Origin: Terriglobia bacterium
Lineage (GTDB): Bacteria > Acidobacteriota > Terriglobia > 20CM-2-55-15
DNA: 64,000 nucleotides
NCBI GenBank assembly: GCA_965198225.1
Contig: CBDAOY010000004.1
Coordinates: 288,001-352,000 of the forward strand
Reading direction: 5' to 3'
This document shows positions 9,269 through 20,211 of the stretch, piece by piece (positions within the stretch are counted from its first letter, which is position 1; every line of letters begins with the position of its first letter). The translations under genes were made by a program, and so were the position numbers. The notes under the pieces were generated by a model that was not told the DNA's origin, searched no databases, and worked only from the letters and a program-made list of their open reading frames with translations.

Positions 9269-12200
9269 ATGATTCCGCGCCTTGCCCTCTCCCTGGCGAT
9301 GATTCTCGCCGCTTCCATGCCTGTGCTGCCGCAGGACACCGACCCGGAGAACGACGAAAACAAGAGCGATGGCCTGACGATCGAGCCGACGCGCACGATC
9401 GCGTTCGAGACGACCGAGGGAACGTACATGAACCTCGACGTGTCGCCCGACGGGAATAAGATCGTTTTCGACTTGCTCGGGGACATCTACACGGTTCCGG
9501 TTTCGGGAGGCCAGGCAACCCGCCTGACGGCGGGCATGGCATACGACATCCAGCCGTCGTTCTCGCCGGACGGGAACCGGATCGCTTTCATCTCCGATGA
9601 GAGCGGCAGCGACAACATCTGGGTGATGGGGGCCGATGGGGCCGAACCCCGGGCGATCACCGAGGAGACGGATAAGCCGGTCGCCGCTCCCCGGTGGGCG
9701 CCGGACGGCGAGTACCTCGTCGCCCGGCGTGACGGCAAGCTCTGGCTCTACCACCGGGATGGCGGCATGGGATGGAGTTGACGAAGTCCGACGACGCCGA
9801 GGGTGCGTACGGGCCGGTCTTTTCTCCCGATGGTCGCTGGGTCTATTTTTCCACCCGTGCCGAGTCTGCGGACGCTGCCCGGGGGCCGACGGCGGCTCTG
9901 GCGCGTCTCACTTCCTGGCAGGTGAAGAGATTGGATCGGAAGACGGGCGACGTCGCGACCATCACGGCTTCGCCCAACGGCGCGTACCGCCCCGCCATTT
10001 CCGAAGATGGAAGCTGGATGGCTTACGGTGTCCGCCTGGACGCAAAGACCGGACTGCGCATTCGCAACCTCGACAGCGACGTCGAGGATTGGCTGGCATA
10101 TCCCATCGATCGGGACAACGCCGAGCGTCCGGGTGTGCTGGATCTGATGCCCGCTTACGATTTCACGCCGGATGGGAGCGCGCTGATCATTGCCACCGGC
10201 GGGACGTTCCATCGAATCGATCTGGAAACGAAGGCAGATACGCCGATCGCATTCACAGCCCGGGTCGAGCAGGAACTCGGACCGCTCGTCCTCTTTGAGA
10301 GTTCGCACACCAACGATCCCGTCAAGGTGCGCAACGTGCGCTACGGCAACCGGAACAGGCAGGGTGACCGCATGGTCTTTTCGGCGCTGAACAAGATCTG
10401 GTTGATGGATCTACCGAACGGCGCGCCGACACAACTTGCCGACCAGCCCTTCGGGCAGTTCCATCCCGTGATGTCGCCCGACGGTCGGTGGGTGGCTTAC
10501 GTTTCCTGGGACGACGTCGACGGAGGGCACGTCTGGAAATTATCCCTGGAAGGGCCCGAGGGTCCCCGGCGCCTCACCGAACACGCGGGCTACTACATGC
10601 ATCCGTCGTGGTCTCCGGATGGAGGTAAGATCGCCTTCCTCAAAGAGGAAGGTGCTGCCTTCAGGAACGTCTGGACGCGCAACACGGGCCAACTATTGTG
10701 GGTAGATGCCAACGGCGGTGCGGCGCACTATGTCGGTTCCGCCCCGACCGATAACCGCGTTTCGTTCACCAGCGAGGGGGACCGGTTGATTTACGTCGCC
10801 GAGGTTACGCCGGAGAACAGACGAGAGGAAAAACCGGCGAAGTCCGAGGTCGTTTCCCTGCGTCTGGATGGAACCGACAGGAGGGCTCTTGCCAGGATCG
10901 ACGCCGAGACCTACGAGGTCGTTCCGTCTCCCGACGGCTCGTGGGTCGCGTTTTCGGTCCGCGAGGACGTCTATCTGGCCGCGATGCCCTTCGCGGCCGA
11001 GGTTCCCACGATCGGAGAGACCAAAGGCCCCGGCCCCGTCAAGCGGATCACGCGCGAAGGGGGCTTCGATATCCGGTGGGAAGACCAGGGTCGGACGCTG
11101 ACCTGGTCGTTTGCCGACCGGTTCTACAGTGTCGACCGCGCGCAGGCGATGGGAGCCGAGGATGACGTCGAACCCGACCAGATCGCGGTCGACATCACCG
11201 TGCCCAGGCACTATCCGCGGGGAACCCTCGCACTGCGCGGAGCCGACGTCATCACGATGGCCGACGAGCGGACGATCGAGAACGCCACCGTCATCGTTCA
11301 AGACAACCGGATCGTCGAAGTCGGCCCCTCCGCGAGTGTCCGTGTTCCGGCTGGCGCCGATATAGTCGATGTGACCGGAAAGACGATAATGCCGGGTCTG
11401 ATCGACATGCACGCTCACCTGCGTCCCCCGCGGGACGTCTTCGTCGAAGCCAGTTGGTCCTACCTGGCGAACCTCGCCTACGGTGTGACGACGACGCGGG
11501 ATGTGTCCAGCAGCAACGATTCGTTCGCCTACGGTGAACTGGTCGAGGCCGGCCGAATAGTCGGGCCGCGGATTTACAGCACCGGGCGCGCTATGACGAC
11601 CGGCAACGCGAAGATCGAAGATCTCGACGACGCCAGGGCCATGGTGCGGCACTACAAGAAGCTCGGCACGAAGGTCATCAAGCAGTACATGCAGCCCCAC
11701 CGCCGACAGCGGCAATGGGTCGTGGCCGCAGCGATGGAAGAGGGCCTCAACGTCACCAATGAGGGTGGCGGCGACTTCCGCCTCGACATGACGATGGTCC
11801 TGGACGGCTACAGCGGCTTCGAGCACAGCCTGCCGCTGGCCAACATCTACGGTGACGCCGTCCGGCTCCTGGCGGAGTCGAAGACCTGGTACACACCGAC
11901 GCTAGTGGTCTCCTACGGCGGTCCGACGGCCGAGTGGTATTTCTACCAGACGACGAACGTGCACGATGACGTGAAGCTCGCCCGGTTCACGCCGCACGAC
12001 GTCATCGACCGGAGGACCCGTCGGGGCAACATGTCCGCGATCGACGAGTACCACTTCACGAGCGTTTCCGAAATTGCGGCCCGGGTTCTCCAGGCGGGAG
12101 GCAACGTTGCTCTCGGAGCACACGGAGAAGAGCAGGGCATCTGCGCTCACTGGGAGTTGTGCCCTCCAGGGGCCCTCCAGATGGGTGGTCTGAGCAACTA

Positions 12201-12492
12201 TGACGCGCTGCGAACGGCCACGAGCGTCGCGGCCGAAGGACTTGGCATGGCGGCCGACCTCGGCACCGTGGAAGCCGGCAAGCTCGCCGACCTGCTGATC
12301 CTGGACGAGAACCCGCTCGACGACATCCGGAGCAGCAACACAGCCCACATGGTGATGAGCAACGGGGAGCTCTTCGATGCCGATACGCTCGACATGATCT
12401 GGCCCGAGAGAGTCCCGGCGCCCCCGTTGAAGTTCCTGGACTACGGCCCCCCGACCGAAGCCACCTCGGATGGAAACCAGAACCCAAACTGA
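9269..12492 (+). CDS. Secreted amidohydrolase with TolB/PD40 beta-propeller repeats; frameshift near 9770
   Basis: ORF 9269..9781 (signal peptide, SPDG repeats) continues in 9772..12492 (PGLIDMHAH, GVTT, GAHG, GKLADL); also an in-frame GCCCTCCAG duplication at 12161-12180. Confidence 0.85.
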
Positions 12493-12503
12493 AGATCGGG
12501 GAG

Positions 12504-12583
12504 TTAACCACGAAGGCGCAAAGGCACGGAGAAAGACCGAATTCCAGCTGATCCGCCCCGGTGCCTCTGCGTCTCCGTGGTAA
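12504..12583. repeat. Octamer-based inverted repeat
   Basis: TTAACCACGAAGGCGCAAAGGCACGG ... CCGGTGCCTCTGCGTCTCCGTGGTAAA. Confidence 0.75.
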
Positions 12584-12659
12584 AGATCGAGCCGTACGAG
12601 TCCGCGAACAGCTTCCCACCCTGCTCTTCGATTCCCCGATGCAGCTTATTCGCCTCGAA

Positions 12660-12841
12660 CAGTTCCAAACCGCACCCAGGGCAATCAGGAAGATGCCGTT
12701 CATCAAGCCCTCGAGATGACCAGATAACGCCATTCTCGGATTGGTCATGGCGGGTATGGCGAGGCCTGTGATCAGCCCAAGGAGGAACAGCACCGCGCCG
12801 GCGGCGATTAAATGCCTGGATTCTTGATCGGTGGCGCGCAT
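12660..12841 (-). pseudogene. 5' fragment of a StyC/styrene-oxide-isomerase-like membrane protein
   Basis: GAVLFLLGLITG..NPRMALSGHLEGLMNG.FLIALGAVW, then abrupt loss of similarity. Confidence 0.6.
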
Positions 12842-12858
12842 TTTCGGTGAAGGACTGT

Positions 12859-13133
12859 CTAGTGGCCTGTAACAATGCTATCGGTACCATCGCCGATGGG
12901 TCTTGCGGGCGAGGTCGAGGAGGGAGACGGAAAGCGATGCTCTTTCATCGGTGACGGCTTCCGACAAAGAGATCGCCCGCAACCCCCATCGGCCCGAAGG
13001 GTTCGGCGGAACGGCGCCGTCTTCGGTGTCGTAACGCCCTCGCAATGAAACAGCATTGGCTCGAGCGTCACTCCTAAAATCCGACGCCGTTCCGCCGAAC
13101 GCTGGTACCGATAGCATTGTTACAGGTCACTAG
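12859..13133. mobile_element. 275-bp IS630-associated MITE, copy 1
   Basis: 31-bp terminal inverted repeat with 1 mismatch, CTAG at both ends; terminal 15-16 bp match the IS630 ends at 27555 and 28684; 6 substitutions versus the copy at 28681. Confidence 0.93.
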
Positions 13134-13232
13134 TTCAGCCACTTTGTCAGATCCCTTCTTCGAATCGTTTTCGTGTTCCCATCCCGGCGATCTCCACAGG
13201 TAGCATGAGCGACACAATCGGGCAGCGGATCT

Positions 13233-13709
13233 TTAGGAAGCAGTAGTTACGATTCTGATTCCGTATTCTCTACGGATTTCGGCCAGGGGAACGTCCATGT
13301 ATCGATCGAAGTCGGACCACGGCCAACGCTTGCGCATCCGGAGGCAGCGGAAGAGGACGAGCGGGACATTAGCCACGGAACGCAGTGCAGTTCCCCCGAC
13401 ATCTGTCCACTTGATCTGCTCGTAGGTCTCTTTCGATTCCGGAGATCGATAGTCTCGAAGAAGCGAAAAGCCGGCTGTCGTGCCGAAAAAGCTCCAGACC
13501 TTCACCATCGCCTCGTTGGTGAGAGTCGTGCTGCAGCCAAATACCACGTGAGCGGCATCATGACAGCGGAAGAACTTTCGGGCCGAATCCGACATGCCGC
13601 GTCCGGTCAGAAGGTCGTCGCGGCTGCCATAGTACTCGGTCAGGGCCTCTCGAAGAGTGCTTTCGCAATCGGGGAACTGAAAACTCAGCATCGCCGCCAC
13701 CGAGCGCAC
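13233..13709 (-). CDS. Hypothetical protein with Coq4-like HDxxH motif
   Basis: FFRCHDAAHVVFGC..T..EA and C-terminal PLAEIRREYGI. Confidence 0.6.
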   Translation of the reverse strand: MRSVAAMLSFQFPDCESTLREALTEYYGSRDDLLTGRGMSDSARKFFRCHDAAHVVFGCSTTLTNEAMVKVWSFFGTTAGFSLLRDYRSPESKETYEQIKWTDVGGTALRSVANVPLVLFRCLRMRKRWPWSDFDRYMDVPLAEIRREYGIRIVTTAS

Positions 13710-13959
13710 TCTTCAGCGGCCGCAGCGCCGTCCAACGGAACCGGGTGCTGGTTCAGTCATCGTTCTCTCGCATGTCAACCGAAGAAGCCGTGAAGAGAGA
13801 TCAGGCCTGGTGACGGATATTGTCTTCGGCATATATACGGCGCTCGGCGGCGGCTCGCCGCCCGCTGCCGTGGCTTGTCTGGCTCCTGCCTGCGACCCAA
13901 CGCCGGGTGGGTGCTTGATCGAGGCCTTGATTGCGGAGTGCCGTCCACCATCAGCCGAC

Positions 13960-14223
13960 TCAGCCGGGAGCATCCTCAATAGCTTCCCGCACAGCCGCTA
14001 GGACGTGCTCGGAGGTTGGCCAGGGTCTGCCCAATAACTTGGCGAGCAGTCCGCCCTTTCGGGAAACTACCAGCCGATCGTTGACGACGATGTCGAACTG
14101 GCCCCGTCGACCCTTGTCGAGCTCGACGGGAGTTCCCAGATTGTCATGGATGAGAGCAGCGAAACTCGCTGCCTTTCTGGCGATCGCGCCTCAGGTTTCG
14201 CAGTAGACGATCCGGATGCTCAT
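13960..14223 (-). CDS. Rdx (SelW/SelT/SelH-like) selenoprotein candidate, 87 aa, absent from the ORF track
   Basis: Manual translation MSIRIVYCETUGAIARKAASFAALIHDNLGTPVELDKGRRGQFDIVVNDRLVVSRKGGLLAKLLGRPWPTSEHVLAAVREAIEDAPG; TGA at 14191-14193; GGAGG upstream. Confidence 0.82.
14156..14193 (-). promoter_or_regulatory. Putative bacterial SECIS element
   Basis: UGA, 18 nt, then 7-bp stem GCAGCGA/UCGCUGC with loop GUU. Confidence 0.6.
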
Positions 14224-14400
14224 AGCGTCGGTAGTCCTCCATGGGTCGGCAATGTTGATAGAGTGAGCTCTGCGCGACATGGGTTGGCCGTGAAGAAAGC
14301 CGCCCACCGGGGACGACGGAAAGCCACGAGCGTGCTCCTGTGCAACCCCTTGTTTTGCGTCCGTTGCAGGCAACTCGACGCAAGTCCATTGTATCCACAT

Positions 14401-14772
14401 TCAGACGTGCTGATCGACAAGGATGGGGTTCCCATCAGGGTCGACTGCGAGAAAATTTGCTGGCCCCGCGGTTGTCTCGTCTGCTTCGGTCGTTAGCTGC
14501 ACGCTTTGCGCTTTCAACTGGCGCTGTAGATCACGGATATCGGTGAATGTATCGAGCTTGCTTGCGTTGCTGTCCCAGCCCGGATTGAAGGTCAATGTGT
14601 TCTTCTCGAACATGCCCTGAAAAAGACCGATTACGTGATCGCCGTTCTTGAGAATGAGCCACTTCTGTGAGGCATCTCCACCGAACACCTGGAAGCCGAA
14701 TTTTTCGTAGAAATCCCTCGATGCTGCAATGTCTTTTACAGCCAAACTGATTGAAAACGCGCCGAGTTGCAT
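14401..14772 (-). CDS. VOC/glyoxalase family protein
   Basis: [27 protein letters not shown] ... [13 protein letters not shown]. Confidence 0.9.
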   Translation of the reverse strand: MQLGAFSISLAVKDIAASRDFYEKFGFQVFGGDASQKWLILKNGDHVIGLFQGMFEKNTLTFNPGWDSNASKLDTFTDIRDLQRQLKAQSVQLTTEADETTAGPANFLAVDPDGNPILVDQHV

Positions 14773-14839
14773 GATTCGCTCCTTTGAAAGGTAACAGTGC
14801 CGGGAAATGAAATGTGTCGGTTTGCGGACCGCTGCCGGG

Positions 14840-16411
14840 TCAGGAGTCGGTGTCCCCTGCACGGTCTTGCTCGATCAGCACGCGCCGGAGGATCTTGCCG
14901 GAGGCCGACTTCGGGATCTTGTCGATGAACTCGACGCGGCGAATTTTTTTGTGGGGTGAGACGCGCTCGGCCACCCAGGACATGATAGTTTCTTCCTCCG
15001 TTTCCTCCCTGGTGACCAGGTAGGCCTTGGGAACCTCACCGGCCTCGTCATCCGAGCTCGGGATGACGGCGGCGTCGGCGACGGCCGGGTGCGTCAACAG
15101 CAGCGCCTCCAGTTCGGCCGGCGCTACCTGGAAACCCTTGTACTTGATCAGCTCCTTCACCCGGTCGACGATGAAGAAATTCCCGTCTCTGTCGGAGTAG
15201 CCGACGTCGCCGGTACGCATCCACCCGTTGCTGTCGATCATCTGAGCCGTCTGATCCGGCTGGTTCAGGTAGCCCTTCATGACCTGGGGCCCCCGAACCC
15301 AGAGTTCACCGGTTTCTTCGGGTCCGAGTTCCCTGCCGTCGTCCAGCGCCAGGATTCTGCATTCCGTGTTCGGCGCGCAGGGTCCGACCGAATCCAGCGG
15401 GGTCGAGGTCCCGGTGATGGGCACCAGGTGGGTGACCGGGCTGGCTTCGGTCATGCCGTAACCCTGTGTGATCCGGCACTTCATCTTTCGAGCGAACGCC
15501 TGCGCAGTCTCGGCCGCGAGCGGTGCCGCTCCGCACATGACAGTTCCGAGCTTCGGCAGCCGCAAGGCATCGACGCTCGGACGGCGGGTCAGAGCCAGGA
15601 CCAGGGGCGGGACGAGATTCGCGTAGGTGATGGAATGCTCCTCCATGGTTGAAACGAAACTGTCCATGTCGAATCGAGGCAACGTTACCAACGTCGCCCC
15701 GAGGTACAGGCCAGACGCCAAGACGACGACCATGCCATAGATGTGAAAAAACGGCAGGACGCCGATGATCGTGTCCGACTCCGTGAAGATACCGGCGACC
15801 TCGACTTGCCTGAGGTTGGCCACGATGTTCCGGTGCGTCAGCATGACGCCTTTGGACACTCCCGTAGTTCCGCTGGAATACGGCAGCGCGACGACGTCCT
15901 CGCCAGGGTTGATCGATCCGGGAGCAACGGTGGGTCTTTCGTCCAACAAGTCGGAGAACGGGATCGTTCCCTCGAGGGCTCCCAGGACGAAGGTGCGCCG
16001 CATCTGCGAGGCGCGCAGCGCCGCTGGCACCTTTTCAATCAACTGCGGGTGTGTGAAAAGAAAAGAAGCCTTCGAGTCGGCGAGCTGGGCGCCTATTTCT
16101 TCCACCGTGTAGGTGGGGTTGAGTGTCGTGTTGACCCCGCCCAAGTAGGCAGAAGCCATGAAAATGATCCCGTACTCCGCGCAGTTCGGACATATGAGGG
16201 CCAGGACATCCCCCTTCTTGAAACCATTGTGGGCGAGCCCCGTCGCAACCTTCAGGACGGCGTCCCGAAATTGGGCAAACGTCAACGACGCTCCCGTCGA
16301 CCCGTCGATCAAGGCCGTCTTGTCGCCGTAGTCGGGGATGCGGCCGAGGATCAGCTCGGTCAACGATATGTCCGGGATGTCGATTTCGGGATACGGTCCG
16401 CGAAAAATCAT
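14840..16411 (-). CDS. 4-coumarate--CoA ligase-like AMP-binding enzyme
   Basis: [56 protein letters not shown]. Confidence 0.92.
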   Translation of the reverse strand: MIFRGPYPEIDIPDISLTELILGRIPDYGDKTALIDGSTGASLTFAQFRDAVLKVATGLAHNGFKKGDVLALICPNCAEYGIIFMASAYLGGVNTTLNPTYTVEEIGAQLADSKASFLFTHPQLIEKVPAALRASQMRRTFVLGALEGTIPFSDLLDERPTVAPGSINPGEDVVALPYSSGTTGVSKGVMLTHRNIVANLRQVEVAGIFTESDTIIGVLPFFHIYGMVVVLASGLYLGATLVTLPRFDMDSFVSTMEEHSITYANLVPPLVLALTRRPSVDALRLPKLGTVMCGAAPLAAETAQAFARKMKCRITQGYGMTEASPVTHLVPITGTSTPLDSVGPCAPNTECRILALDDGRELGPEETGELWVRGPQVMKGYLNQPDQTAQMIDSNGWMRTGDVGYSDRDGNFFIVDRVKELIKYKGFQVAPAELEALLLTHPAVADAAVIPSSDDEAGEVPKAYLVTREETEEETIMSWVAERVSPHKKIRRVEFIDKIPKSASGKILRRVLIEQDRAGDTDS

Positions 16412-16538
16412 GATGTTTCCTGTTTGAGATTCGAAATTGTAGCCGCCCGAACGGGGGAAATCCAGTCACCGGGGTTTTTGCAGTCCCCCGTATTAAACGA
16501 TAGACTGGCAGGGCCGGTCCAAACGGGAAGAGCCTGAA

Positions 16539-17177
16539 ATGCGCCGACTCATTCGATCGAGACGGATCTTGATTCTCTCGCTATCGGTATGTTTTGTCGC
16601 GCTGCTCGAGGTTGCACCGGCGCAGACACCGTCTCCGGCCCAACGATCAGCAACCTTTGACGCCGCGCAGCGTGGCGGTCGCGGTGGGGGTCGTCGAGGA
16701 CGCGGTGGTGGGCGCAGGCGTGGGCCCGAGTTCGAACGTCGGATGAAGTACCGCCAGGCCGGCGAGTTGCTCAATCAACTCGACGATGAGTTGCGCAAAC
16801 TCGAACTCCTGACGCGCGAAGACGTTCCCGACCTGGTCGCGCGTCGCTGGGGTATCGCCACCGGAATCCTTCACGACATGCGGAAGAACACCGAAAGATT
16901 CGTGGAGGCTCTATGGTTGGAGTCGATCGACGTCGAGGAGCTGGTCGCCTCGGTGGAACCAATCGGTTCCATGACGCCGGACATCGGTATCGCGACCCTG
17001 CGCGGATCCATCGACCACTTGAGGCACATGTGGCGTGGCTGGCGAGCCAATCGGGACATCGTCGACGTCGAGCGCTATGAGGAGCTTCAGAACGAAGCGG
17101 TCGAGCTGCTGGTTACAATCGATGCGATGTTGACCGCCACCACCGAAGACGTAATGGCCGGTTCGGGAGGACAATGA
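16539..17177 (+). CDS. Secreted helical hypothetical protein with RGG-rich segment
   Basis: Signal peptide, QRGGRGGGRRGRGGGRRRG; paralog of the next gene. Confidence 0.7.
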   Translation: MRRLIRSRRILILSLSVCFVALLEVAPAQTPSPAQRSATFDAAQRGGRGGGRRGRGGGRRRGPEFERRMKYRQAGELLNQLDDELRKLELLTREDVPDLVARRWGIATGILHDMRKNTERFVEALWLESIDVEELVASVEPIGSMTPDIGIATLRGSIDHLRHMWRGWRANRDIVDVERYEELQNEAVELLVTIDAMLTATTEDVMAGSGGQ

Positions 17178-17764
17178 ATCTTGTCAGTCAGCTAACGTTC
17201 GCGGTTCTGTTGGTTCTCGCGTGTCCAGTGTCGGCGATTTCCGGGTCCTTCCGTCCCGCGACTGCCGATCCTCCGGGTATCGCCGGAACTTCGAACCTCC
17301 AGTCGCGAATCCCCAGGCTACGCACTTTTTCCCCGGGCCGACGAACTCCCGAATCGAGGGCCGAGGAGCGGCACCGGAAAGCGGGGCGGTATCTGGACAA
17401 GTTGGAAGACGAAGCGCGCATGGTCGAGCTGCTGTCGCGCGCGGACGAGCCCGAAACACTGGTTCGGAGGCGCGCGATTGCCGAACACGTTCTCAGAAAG
17501 ATGCGGAAACACTCGCTCGCCTTCGTCGAAGCTCTGTGCGAAAACTCGACTCACACGGACACGCTTGCGTCAGCCGCCGCCGCCCCCGGGATACTTCCAA
17601 GGGTGGCCGCCGACACGATCCAGGAGTCGCTCCGCGAATTGAGAGCTATCTGGAGCAGTTGGCTGGAACACAAGAACACCGTCGAGGTGGGGCGGTACGA
17701 ACGGCTCCAGCGCGAGGCCGCCAGACTCGTTGTTGCCGTGGACGCCCTACGTTCGATTCCCTGA
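17174..17764 (+). CDS. Secreted helical hypothetical protein, paralog of the upstream gene
   Basis: ATGA overlap; shared blocks AG..L..L.DE...ELL.R.D, MRK....FVEAL, V.V.RYE.LQ.EA..L.V..DA. Confidence 0.7.
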   Translation: MNLVSQLTFAVLLVLACPVSAISGSFRPATADPPGIAGTSNLQSRIPRLRTFSPGRRTPESRAEERHRKAGRYLDKLEDEARMVELLSRADEPETLVRRRAIAEHVLRKMRKHSLAFVEALCENSTHTDTLASAAAAPGILPRVAADTIQESLRELRAIWSSWLEHKNTVEVGRYERLQREAARLVVAVDALRSIP

Positions 17765-19447
17765 GTTCGAGTTCCCGACGTCGAACTCTCCCGCCCTCAA
17801 CCTCGTAATGTAATCGCCGTACTTTGCCATCGCCTGCCTGGAGAAAATGAGGATGATGGGAATGTTGGCGAACAGCATGACGCCGGTCCCGATGGAGGTG
17901 AAGCTGTCGAGTTCGCGGTCCGTCGAAATGAAACCCGCCGTCGCGACGACGACCAGAAGGCAGTAGATGAACTTGTAGGTGCGAACCCACTTCGCTCCGA
18001 ACATGAACACAACTCCCTGCTCTCCGTAGTAGCTCCAGGAAATCATCGTCGATATCGCAAACAGCCAGGCGGCCAGGGTGATCAGCCAGCGACCCAGGCC
18101 CCGGTAGCCGCGATCAAAGGCATGGCTGGTCAGGCTGGCTCCCGTGTAGTTGACGTACACCTCCGGATCGGAGATCGTCGGGGCGATATCACCGCTGTAG
18201 GTGCCCCAGTCGACCGTGAACGTGGGGCCGGCGCCGACCACTGTGCCCGGGATCTGGGCGAGAGTCGTCCCCTGTCCCTCGTTGAGGGTCCCGACGTCGG
18301 CCACCATGAAAACACCCTGGCCCGTGGTCCATGCGGTCTCCGTATTTGGCGGGAGCGGTCCGGTTTCCAGCGTCCACTCCCCCGGCCCGGCTTCCACGAC
18401 CTGCGGGAGCTCTGTGAAGACGCCCTCTCCGCTTCGGTTCCAGGCGCCACTGGACAGGATCACGAGAGAGGTCAGCGTACAGACGACCAGCGTGTCGATG
18501 AATGGTTCCAGGCCCGCAACGATGCCTTCACGTACCGGCTCATCGGTCCGCGCCGCGGAATGGGCAATCGGGGAAGATCCCTGTCCCGCTTCGTTCGAGA
18601 AGAGTGCGCGTTTCATCCCCCAGAGAAACGCGTACCCGAACGTGCCGCCGAGGAACGCCCCCTGAGCTTCGGTCGAGCTGAAAGCCGAAGTGAAGATCAG
18701 CCGGATCAAACTCGGAATCGCTTCGATGTTGACTGCCAGGACGTAGAGGGAGGCTACCAGGTAGAGCCCGCACATGAACGGGACGAGCTGGCCGGCGACC
18801 GAGCCGATTCTTTTGATGCCGCCGATGATGACCAGGCCGGTCACGACCGCCAGGATGATGCCGGTGAGAATCGACGGGATACCGAAGTTCAACTCCGTAA
18901 CGGTTCCCACGTTCCAGGCCTGGAACATGTTCCCGCCCGTGATGGTCGACACCAGAAGCGTGACGCAGAAGATGTAACCGATCCAGCGGCCCAGCGTCGC
19001 GTAGGCCGGGTTCATGTTGGCCAGGCCGTGACTCACCACGAACATGGGTCCGCCATGCGGGTTGTCCGGGTCTTCGGTGTTGCGATACAGCATCGACTGG
19101 GTCACTTCGGTGGTCTTGATCGCCATGCCGACAAAACCCACGATCCACATCCAGAAGACCGCGCCGGGTCCGCCAAGCGAGATGGCCACTGCGACGCCGC
19201 CGATGTTGCCCAATCCCACCGTCGCCGACAGGGCGGCCGATAAGGCCTGGAAGTGATTGATCGCGCCGGGATCGTCCTTCCGGTCGTACTTGCCTCGGAT
19301 AACCTGAAACCCGTGAGTGAGGGCCACCAGCGGACCGAATTTGGTCCAGATCATCAGGATGATCCCGACGAGCAGGACGGTGTAGAGAACGAAGTCGTGC
19401 CACAGCACACCGTTGATCGTGTCAACGACGGTGTTTACGGTTTCCAT
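17747..19447 (-). CDS. Alanine/glycine:cation symporter (AGCS family)
   Basis: ALSATVGLGNIGGVA, GGPGAVFWMW, GGIKRIG, RALFSNEAGQGS, EPFIDTLVVC, SWSYYGE. Confidence 0.93.
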   Translation of the reverse strand: METVNTVVDTINGVLWHDFVLYTVLLVGIILMIWTKFGPLVALTHGFQVIRGKYDRKDDPGAINHFQALSAALSATVGLGNIGGVAVAISLGGPGAVFWMWIVGFVGMAIKTTEVTQSMLYRNTEDPDNPHGGPMFVVSHGLANMNPAYATLGRWIGYIFCVTLLVSTITGGNMFQAWNVGTVTELNFGIPSILTGIILAVVTGLVIIGGIKRIGSVAGQLVPFMCGLYLVASLYVLAVNIEAIPSLIRLIFTSAFSSTEAQGAFLGGTFGYAFLWGMKRALFSNEAGQGSSPIAHSAARTDEPVREGIVAGLEPFIDTLVVCTLTSLVILSSGAWNRSGEGVFTELPQVVEAGPGEWTLETGPLPPNTETAWTTGQGVFMVADVGTLNEGQGTTLAQIPGTVVGAGPTFTVDWGTYSGDIAPTISDPEVYVNYTGASLTSHAFDRGYRGLGRWLITLAAWLFAISTMISWSYYGEQGVVFMFGAKWVRTYKFIYCLLVVVATAGFISTDRELDSFTSIGTGVMLFANIPIILIFSRQAMAKYGDYITRLRAGEFDVGNSNSGNRT

Positions 19448-19605
19448 CAGGGTGCTCCTGCCTCCAGCGTCGCCGTGGAACGAACCGACGCCACTCTTCG
19501 TGAAATCTGTACGGGATTGTACTTTTGATTACGGCCTTCTCAAGGACTTTTTTGGCGGTTGCGCAAACCGTGACAGGCTTGTCTTCAGTGAGATACACTC
19601 GCCCC

Positions 19606-20127
19606 ATGTGGATATCGACATGGATTCTTTCCGCCTCGCTGCTATTCCAGGGCGGCGCAGGGCCGGACCGGCAACTCTTCAGCCGGATTCTCGCGGAGTC
19701 GAGCCCCGCGGAGAAACTGCGTCTGGTCGATGAGCTCGCGAAGAAGTATCCGGAATCGGACGTGCGGGACGACGCCTACTTGATCGCCATGGGCATCTAC
19801 CAGACCCAGGGGGATGCCGCGAAGACGGTCGACTACGGAGAGCGCGCGATCAAGGTCAATCCGGAGGCGCTGGAAGCGCTCGTGACACTTTCCCGTCAGT
19901 ACGCTGTCGAGGGACGCAACTTGAATCGGGCGTTCCAGTATGCCCGACGCGCAATCGACGTGGCCGACAGGGCGCGGAACAACCCGCCGCCTGGCTACAA
20001 CGCCGACGTCTGGGCGCGATACGTTTTGCAGAGCAAGGAGACGGCGGAAGGGACCATCAAGTACATTCAAGGATTCGCGAACTCGGTCCTGGGCCGCAAG
20101 AAGGGGCCGGGGGGACCGGAATCGTAG
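19606..20127 (+). CDS. Secreted TPR-like protein
   Basis: Signal peptide; YP.S..R..AY..AM..YQ..GD..K...YGE.A....P pattern. Confidence 0.6.
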   Translation: MWISTWILSASLLFQGGAGPDRQLFSRILAESSPAEKLRLVDELAKKYPESDVRDDAYLIAMGIYQTQGDAAKTVDYGERAIKVNPEALEALVTLSRQYAVEGRNLNRAFQYARRAIDVADRARNNPPPGYNADVWARYVLQSKETAEGTIKYIQGFANSVLGRKKGPGGPES

Positions 20128-20141
20128 GCCGTTGTCCGTTG

Positions 20142-20211
20142 GTGTAGGTGCGCTCTATGAGCGCACATTCCTCATGCCGGGACAATGTGCGGTCAGAGAC
20201 CGCACCTACAC
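20142..20211. repeat. GTAG-type inverted REP doublet
   Basis: GTAGGTGCGCTCTATGAGCGCAC ... GTGCGGTCAGAGACCGCACCTAC; overlaps the GNAT stop codon. Confidence 0.88.

Noticed and set aside
9760-9781. Programmed ribosomal frameshift in the amidohydrolase
   Set aside because: No slippery heptamer seen, and many similar indels occur elsewhere in the window
12859-13117. 70-79 aa ORFs inside the MITE (also 28681..28893)
   Set aside because: No convincing start context or motif; their conservation is explained by recent copying
14224-14400. attC site between the VOC and Rdx genes
   Set aside because: No matching RYYYAAC/GTTRRRY boxes with a pairing core, and no integrase in the window
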